DNA of 64,000 nucleotides from the human T2T-CHM13v2.0 reference genome, Homo sapiens, in NCBI RefSeq assembly GCF_009914755.1, contig NC_060932.1. One strand, given 5' to 3'. Shown one piece after another: positions 56,103-64,000 of the stretch (positions within the stretch are counted from its first letter, which is position 1; each line of letters opens with the position of its first letter). The position numbers were made by a program, and so were the translations under genes. The notes beneath the pieces are model-generated. The model was not told the origin of the DNA. It worked only from the letters and a program-made list of their open reading frames with translations, and did not search any database.

Positions 56103-56414
56103 GGCCAGGTGTGGTGACTTATGCCTGTAATCTCAGCACTTTCGGAGGCCGAGGTTGGTGGATTACTTGAGGTCAAGTGTTCGAGACCAGCCTGACCAAC
56201 ATGGCGAAACCCCGACTCTACTAAAAATACAAAAATTAGCTGGGTGCTGTGGTGGGCTCCTGTAATGCCAGCTACTCGGAGGTTGAGGCAGGAGAATCGC
56301 TTAAACCCGGGAAGATGAGGTTGCAGTGAGCTGAGATCAAGCCAATTCACTCCAGCCTGAGTGATAGAGTGAGACTCTTTCTCAAAAAAACAACAAAACA
56401 AAACAAAACAAAAA
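56103..56414 (+). mobile_element. AluS with (CAAAA)n tail
   Basis: Complete dimer. Confidence 0.95.
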
Positions 56415-56569
56415 CCATCCACCATTTTGAAGATAAAATTACATCTTATTGTAAAGTTTTAAATCCCAATTGTATACTATGGATTTCAATTATAATTTGT
56501 TTTCCTGGAGAGAAAGCTGCTTGCTTTCTTTAAACATTTGGATATTAGGATTTGCTCTAGCAATTAGTT

Positions 56570-56780
56570 AAGTACTGTTTCCAACATTTACTAGCTGTGT
56601 GACCAACATTCAGTAGCTTTGTCACCTTGAGGCAAGTTACTTTAAATCTCTGTTCCTCAGTTTTCGTAGCAAGAGAATAGGGATAATTATCATACCTATT
56701 TCATAGGGCTTATGTGATTTTTGCATTTTGTAATGCATCAAAGTCCCAACAGTATAAAGGACTTAACTATTATTATTACC
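56570..56780 (+). mobile_element. MIR SINE with a 22-bp internal tandem duplication
   Basis: 'tactagctgtgtgacc...gcaagttactttaaatctctgttcctcagtttt'. Confidence 0.7.
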
Positions 56781-57818
56781 ATCACTATAATTATTGATTA
56801 TTTATACTTGCTGAGAGCTCATAGTATGCTCTGGAAATAGGAATAATTTTTGAATAAGATAAAATATTATCAGAACATTTAAGACATTTTCCTGAAATTA
56901 TGGCTTTTACCTACATCCTGGCTTCTGGTCTAGAAACTCTTATAATTTGAGCAGATTAACTATAATAAAAAAATCCTCAACAATCTTACCACTTACTGCC
57001 AATGAAGTTAATGTTCAACTTCATTAAAATCCGCATTCCTTATCTGATAAAATAGATAAGGGAGAAAGAAGGTGGATTTCAATTCCTCTTCAGAGCCATT
57101 AACAGTAGAAAAAGGCTCATTCAACTGTCCTAATTGGTACATTAAATGGGGACATGATTATGGCAAAGAAGCCTCAACACGGGCTTTCTCTAGCATCATC
57201 CAGAAGTATCTCCTGCTCAGAGAAATAATAAGATAATAAGGAGAAAAATTATTGTGTATAATAGTCATAAGCATGGAAAAAATAAGATGACAGAAGAAGT
57301 AGTCCTTGAAAAGGAGAAAGAACATTTGCAATCCATTGACAATATGAGAAGAGAAAACAAATTATAGTAAAAACAACAGAACTTGAATGTGGAGTAGTCC
57401 AGATTTGTGATACTTTTTGCATAGAAGGGCCCTGTGGGAGGGAAACAAATAACAAAGTATCAATTACCCAAATTTGGCCTCTCAATACAATTCCAGTTCC
57501 CCAGAGAGGTGCTACCCAATTCCTTCATTTTTTTTTAAACAGAATGTTAAATCTCTTTTTTTCTCCATGTGTCAGAGTGCAGAGAAATGCTTGTGGACAG
57601 TTGGAACACTGCTAGACATACATTAAAAACTTGGTGAAACCTAGACTGATTTGTGGTTTCGGAGATAATTTGTGAATTTTCTCTGCTAACACTTTAGAGG
57701 ACATATGGCACTAACTGAAAGAGGGACTCTATACATATGGTGGGGTGACAGATAAAAGACTTCTGGAATAGTAGTGCCAAGATTGATGAATATAAAAAAA
57801 CTTTTGAAAGTATAACAT

Positions 57819-60800
57819 AGGTGGGTGGCAAGATGGCTGAATAGGAACAACTCTGGTCTGCAGCTCCCAGCGAGATCAATGCAGAAGGCAGGTGATTTCT
57901 GCATTTCCAACTGAGGTATCCGGCTCATCTCATTGGGACTGGTTAGACAGTGGGTGCAGCCCACGGAGGATGAGCCAAAGCAAGGTGGGGCATCGCTTCA
58001 CCCTGGAAGCGCAAGCAGTCAGGGAACTCCCTCCCCTAGCCAAGGGAAGCCATGAGGGACTGTGCCATGAGGAATGGTGCATTCAGGCCCAGATATTATG
58101 CTTTTCCCATGGTCTTCACAACCCACAGACCAGGAGATTCCCTTGGGTGCCTACACCACCATGGCCCTGGGTTTCAAGCACAAAACTGGCTGGCCATTTG
58201 GGTAGACACTGAGCTAGCTATAGTTTTTTTAATACACCGGTGGTACCTGGAACACCACCGAAACCGAACTGTTCACTCTCCTGGAAAGGGAGCTGAAACC
58301 AGGGAGCCAGGTGGTCTAGCTCAGCAGATCCCACCCCCACGGAGCCCAGCAAGCTAAGATCCACTGGCTTGAAATCCTCCCTGCCAGCACAGCAGTCTGA
58401 AGTCGACCTGGGACTCTCCAGCTTGGTGGGGGGAGGGGCGTCCACCATTACTGAAGCTTGAGTAAGCAAGCAGTTTTCCCCTCACAGTGTAAGCAAAGCC
58501 TACAGGAAGTTGGAACTGGGTCGAGCCCACTGAAGCTCCGAAAAGCCACTGTAGCAAGACTGAATCTCTAGATTTCTCCTGTCTGGGCAGGGCATCTCTG
58601 AAAGAAAGGCAGCAGACCCAGTCAGAAGTTTATAAATAAAACTCCCATCTCCCTGGGACAGAGCACCTAGGGGAAGGGGCAGCTGTGGGTGCAACTTCAG
58701 CAGACTTAAACATTCCTGTCTGCCAGCTCTGAAGAGAGCAGCAGATCTCCCAGCACAGCGCTCGAGCTCTGCTAAGGGACAGACTGCCTCCTCAAGTGGG
58801 TCCCTGCCCCCCGTGCCTCCTGACTGGCAGACACCTCCCAACAGGGATTTTGACAGACACCTCATACAGGAGAGCTCTGGCAGGCATCTGGGGGGTGCCC
58901 CTCTGGGATGAAGCTTCCAGAGGAAGGAACAGGCAGCAATCTTTGCTGTTTTGCAGCCTCTGCTGGTGATACCCAGGTAAACAGGTTCTGGAGTTGACCT
59001 CCAGCAAACTCCAGCAGACCTGCATCAGAGGGGCCTGACTGTTAGAAGGAGAACTAACAAACAGAAAGGAATAGCATCAACATAAAAGAAAAGGACTTCC
59101 ACACAGAAATCCCATCTGAAACTCACCAACATCAGAGACCAAATGTAGATCAATCCACAAAGATGAGGAAAAACCAGCACAAAAAGGCTGAAAACTCCAA
59201 AAACCAGGACGCCTCCTCTCCTCCGAAGCATCTCAACTCCTCACCAGCAAGGGAACAAAACTGGATGGAGAATGAGTTTAATGAATTGACAGAAGTAGGC
59301 TTCAGAAGGTGGGTAATAACAAACCCCTCTGACCTAAAGGAGCATGTTCTAACCCAATGCAAGGAAGCTAAGAACCTTGAAAAAGGTTAAAGAAATTGCT
59401 AACTGGAATAACCAGTTTAGAGAAGAACATAAATGACCTGATGGACCTGAAAAACACAGCACAAGAACTTCGTGAAGCATATGCAAGTATAAATAGCCAA
59501 ATCAATCAAGCAGAAGAGAGGATATCAGAGATTAAAGATCAACTTAATGAAATAAAGCATGAAGAGAAGTTTAGAGAATAAAGAATAAAAAGGGATGAAC
59601 AAAGCCTCCAAGAAATATGGGACTATGTGAAAACCTACGTTTGACTGGTGTACCTGAAAGTGACGGGGAGAATGGAACCAAGTTGGAAAACGCTCTTCAG
59701 GATATTATCCAGGAGAACTTCCCCAACCTAGCAAGACAGGCCAACATTCAAATTCAGGAAACACAGAGAACACCACAAAGATACTCCTTGAGGAGAGCAA
59801 CCCTAGGACACATAAGTATCAGATTCACCAAGGTTGAAATGAGGAAAAAATGTTAAGGGTGGCCAGAGAGAAAGGTCAGGTTACCCACAAAGGGAAGCCC
59901 ATCAGACTAACAGCAGGTCTCTTGGCAGAAACCCTACAAGCCAGAAGAGAGTGGGGGCTAATATTCAACACTCTTGAAGAAAAGAATTTTCAACCCAGAA
60001 TTTCATAACCAGCCAAACTAAGCTTCATAAGCAAAGGATAAATAAAATCCTTTACAGACAAGCAAATGCTGAGAGATTTTTGTCACAACTAGGCCTGCCT
60101 TGCAAGACCTCCAGAAGGAAGCACTAAATATGTAAAGGAAAAACTGGTTCCAGCCACTGCAAAAACATACCAAATTGTAAAGACTGTCGACACTATGAAT
60201 AAACTACATCAAATAATGGTCAAAATAACCAACTAGCATCATAATGATAGGATCAAATTCAAGCATAGCAATATTAACCTTAAATCTAAGTGGGTTAAAT
60301 GCCTCAAGTAAAAGATACAGAGAGCCAAATCAGGAGTGAACTCCCATTCACAATTGCTACAAAGAGAATAAAATACCTAGGAATACAATTTACAAGAAAT
60401 GTGAAGGACCTCTTCAAGGAGAACTACAAACCGCTGCTCAAAGAAATAATAGAGGACATAAACAAATGGAAAAACGTTACATGTTCCTGGATAGGAAGAA
60501 TCAATATCGTGAAAATGGCAGTACTGCCCAAAGTAATTTATAGATTCAATGATATACTCATCAAGCTACTACTGACTTTCTTCACATCATTAGAAAAAAC
60601 TACTTTAAATTTCATATGGAACCAAAAAGAGCCTGTATAGCCAAGAAAATCCTAAGCAAAAAGAAAAAAGCTGGAGGCATCATGCTACTTAACTTCAAAC
60701 TATACTACAAGGCTACAGTAACCAAAACAGCATGGTACTGGTACCAAAACAGATATATAGACCAATGGAACAGAACAGAGCCCTCAGAAATAATGCCACA

Positions 60801-62047
60801 CATCTACAACCATTTGATCTTTGACAAACATGACAAAAACAAGCAATGGGGAAAGGATTCCCTATTTAATGAATGGTTTTGGGAAAACTGTCTAGCCATA
60901 TGCAGAAAACTGAAACTGGACCCCTCCCTTACACCTTATACAAATATTAACTCAAGATGGATTAAAGACTTAAACATAGTACCCAAAACCATAAAATCCC
61001 TAGAAGAAACCCTAGGCAATACCATTCAAGACATAGGCATGGGCAAAGACTTCATAACTAAAACACCAAAAGCAATGGCAACAAAAGCCAAATTGACAAT
61101 TGGGATCTAATTGAACTAAAGAGCTTCTGCACAGCAAAAGAAACTATCATCAGAATGAACAGGCAACCTACAGAATGGGAGAAAATTTTTGCAATCTAGC
61201 CATCTGACAAAGGGCTAATATCCAGAATCTGCAAGGAACTTAAACAAATTTACAAGAAAATAACAAACAACCACATCAAAAAGTGGGCAAAGGATATGAA
61301 CATACAGTTCTCAAAATAAGACATTTATGTGACCAACAAACATATGAAAAAAGTTCATCATCACTGGTCATTAAAGAAATGCAAATCTAAACAACAGTGA
61401 GGTACCATCTCATGCCAGCTAGAATGGTGATCATTAAAAAGTCAGGAAACAACAGATGCTGGAGAGGATGTGGAGAAATAGGAATGCTCTTACACTGTTG
61501 GTGGGAGTATAAATTAGTTAATCATTGTGGAAGACATTGTGGCGATTCCTCAAGGATCTAGAACCCAAAATACCATTTGACCCAGCAATCCCATTACCGG
61601 GTATATACCCAAAGGACTATAAATCATTCTACTATAAAGACACATGCACAGGTATGTTTATTGCAGCACTACTCACAATAGCAAAGACTTGGAACCAACT
61701 CAAATGCCCATCAATGATAGACTGGATAAAGAAAATGTCCTTTGCAGGGACATGGATGAAGCTGGAAACCTTCATTCTCAACAAACTAACACAGGAACAG
61801 AAAACCAAACACTGTATGTTCTCACTCCTAAGTGGGAGTTGAACAGTGAGAACACATGGACGCTGGGAGGGGAACATTACACACTGGGGCCTGTTGGGGG
61901 GTGGAAGGCTAGGGAAGGGATAGCATTAGAAATACCTAATGTAGATGAGAGGCTGATGGGTACAGCAAACCACCATGGCACGTGTATACCTATGTAATAA
62001 AACTGCACATTCTGTACATGTACCCCAGAACTTAAAGTATAAAAAAA
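57819..62047 (+). mobile_element. L1 (about L1PA7) with full-length 5'UTR, disrupted ORF1 (59163-~60180) and ORF2 lacking ~2.2 kb
   Basis: 5' end 'ggcaagatggctgaataggaaca'; ORF1 peptides; junction at ~60320; 3'UTR and A-tail; approximate TSD aaagtataacata/aaatataaaata. Confidence 0.93.
58218..58448 (-). other. Open ORF0-like antisense reading frame (76 aa) in the L1 5'UTR
   Basis: MVDAPPPTKLESPRSTSDCCAG..GSVGVG resembles recalled L1 ORF0 (MAGAPPPASL..SDCCAS..SVGVG); ATG context gtaATGG. Confidence 0.6.
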
Positions 62048-62089
62048 GGAAATATAAAATATTTGTCCATAAAAGTTTAAAAGCATTAG

Positions 62090-63020
62090 GGTAAAGCTTG
62101 ATGTATGCTCATAAAGTTAATACACCTGTGTAACTTGAACCCAAGTAAAGAAATTGAACATTATCCAGAAGTACCCTCATGAGTCCCTGTAGTCACTGCA
62201 GCCCCAAAGTTAGCCATTATCCTGATAATATATGCTAGCCTACCATTTTTGCAATTTATGTAAATAAATTCATATGTGATGTACTATTTTTGCCTGGTTT
62301 CTTTAACTTCATATATTTGTGAGATTCATCACTATTGTGGAACACATTAGTAGTTTGTTTACTGCCATTATTGTGCACTATTCTATTAATTGACTTTGAG
62401 TTGTTCCCAGTTTGTAACTGCCATTACAAATAGTTCTGCTATGAACATTGCTGTTGTACATGTCTTTCATAATAATAGGAATTGCTGAGGATTCTTTGGT
62501 TATCATTAAGATACCTGAATTATAAGGGTGTCTAGATCAGAAACAAGACTGCAAGTAAAAACCATAATCCGAAAATATCACACACACACACATACACACA
62601 CACACACACTCACTTTTATTGGGAATGAAATATAAGATTGGAATTACTTAGCATGCCTATTTTCAGCTCTAGTACAAACTACCAAACCATTTTCCAAAAT
62701 CTTTGTTTCAACTTACATTCTGGCCAGTACTGTATTGAGTCTAATTGTTCCATATTCTTGACAAAACTTATTATTACTTGTCCTTTTCTTGAGTTATGTA
62801 CTAGTATTACATGATGGCTTTATTTGTATCATTCTAACAGAAAAATGACTTTTTTTCATATCTCTAATGGCGTTAGAATATACTTATTTGTGATGGGCCT
62901 TTTTAAGCTCATTTTTTGTCTATTGGGTTGTCTTTAGAATATTAATTTGTATGCACTCCTATATTCTGAATATGGGTCATTTGTTAGAAAAATAATTTGC
63001 AAATAGCTTTTACAAGTCCA
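62090..63020 (-). mobile_element. Degraded L1ME-type 3' region with (CA)n at ~62579-62612
   Basis: 'tagttctgctatgaacattg', 'ttccaaa...caacttacattc'. Confidence 0.55.
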
Positions 63021-63129
63021 TAGCTCCTAAACTGCCATCATATTTCTCAACCATCGTTTTATATTTTTGATGCTCATGTTTTTAAATTTATTCAAAAATT
63101 AGGTATTATCATCTATGTTCCAGTTTGAT

Positions 63130-63481
63130 CACTCTTGTAGGTGATGGAAATAAAATAATGAATATGAGTTAAAAATTCATGTTCTTATGGAGCCTAGATA
63201 TTTATGAATAGGCATAGAAAAATTAATGAATACATATTACATTACGTGGTAATAAGTAGAAATAAGTGCTATGTAGAAAAATTTGCCAAGAGTCAGTAGA
63301 TTGAGGAGAAGACGTTGCAATTCTAAATAAGGTGTTCTGGAAAGTCTTCCCAGAGAAGGTGAAATGAGAGTAAAGGTTTGAGCGTGGTAAGGGAGTGAGC
63401 TATCCACATTCATGGAAACAGGGAGTTCCAAGAAGAGGGATCAGAAAGAACAAGCTTTCCCTGATGAAGAATTATGTATGA
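63130..63481 (-). mobile_element. L2 remnant interrupted by an MLT1 LTR
   Basis: 'tcttatggagcctaga', 'ataagtgctatg', 'ggaaagtcttcccagagaaggtga'. Confidence 0.55.
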
Positions 63482-63949
63482 TGTAACGGGTTGACTGGTG
63501 GCACTCAAATATATATGTCCACACCCTAAGCCCCAGAATCTATGATTCCAACCTTATTTCGAAAAAGGTTCTTTGTACCTATAACTAAGTAAAGGATCTT
63601 GAGATGAGATAATTCTGGACTATCCGGTGGGCCCTAAATCCAATGACAAATGTCTTTATAAGAGAGAGTAAGAGGGAGATTTGACACAGACACATAGGGG
63701 AATAGAAGGCCATGTGAAGACAAACACAGAGATTGGAGTGATGCAGCCACGAGCCGAGGAACAGCTGGAGCCACCAGGTGCTGGAAGAGGCAAGCAAGAA
63801 TTCTCCCTTTAAACCCTTGGAGGAGTGCCACCCTGCTGTCACTGTGATTTTGGACTTCTGGCCTTGAGAACTGTGACAGAATAAATTTCTCTGTTTTAAG
63901 CCACCAAGTTTGTGGTAATTTGTCATAGTAGCCCTAGGAAATGAATACA
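63482..63949 (+). mobile_element. MLT1 (B/C-like) MaLR solo LTR
   Basis: 'gggccctaaatccaatgac..gtctttataagag...ttggacttctggcc..gaactgtga...ggaaatgaataca'; TSD tatga/tatgg. Confidence 0.88.
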
Positions 63950-64000
63950 TATGGGATGTTTGAATATACACAGAGCTGTGTGCCTGCCGGGGTGAGATGT

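Overview
This is AT-rich primate (human-like) genomic DNA dominated by transposable elements: several L1PA/L1PB/L1MA LINEs, seven near-complete Alus plus one permuted Alu fragment pair (all on +), MaLR/ERVL LTRs, Tigger/MADE1/MER58 DNA elements and MIR/L2 remnants. No intact cellular protein-coding gene, RNA gene or CRISPR array is supported, and most listed ORFs are repeat-derived. The main non-TE feature is a ~2.9-kb processed pseudogene of the RNA ligase RLIG1 (C12orf29) at 17933-20819, inserted into the 3' end of an L1 with a poly(A) tail and target-site duplication (TSD). It records an unusual mRNA isoform: the segment carrying the catalytic KxDG lysine is missing, an L2-like 129-nt stop-containing segment is included, and the long 3' UTR runs antisense through the last CEP290 exon into the preceding intron. 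Other points of interest are a twin-primed L1, a fold-back L1, an open ORF0-like frame, templated-insertion patchworks, several near-perfect hairpins and the permuted Alu. Gene and repeat-family calls rest on recalled sequences, not on database searches.
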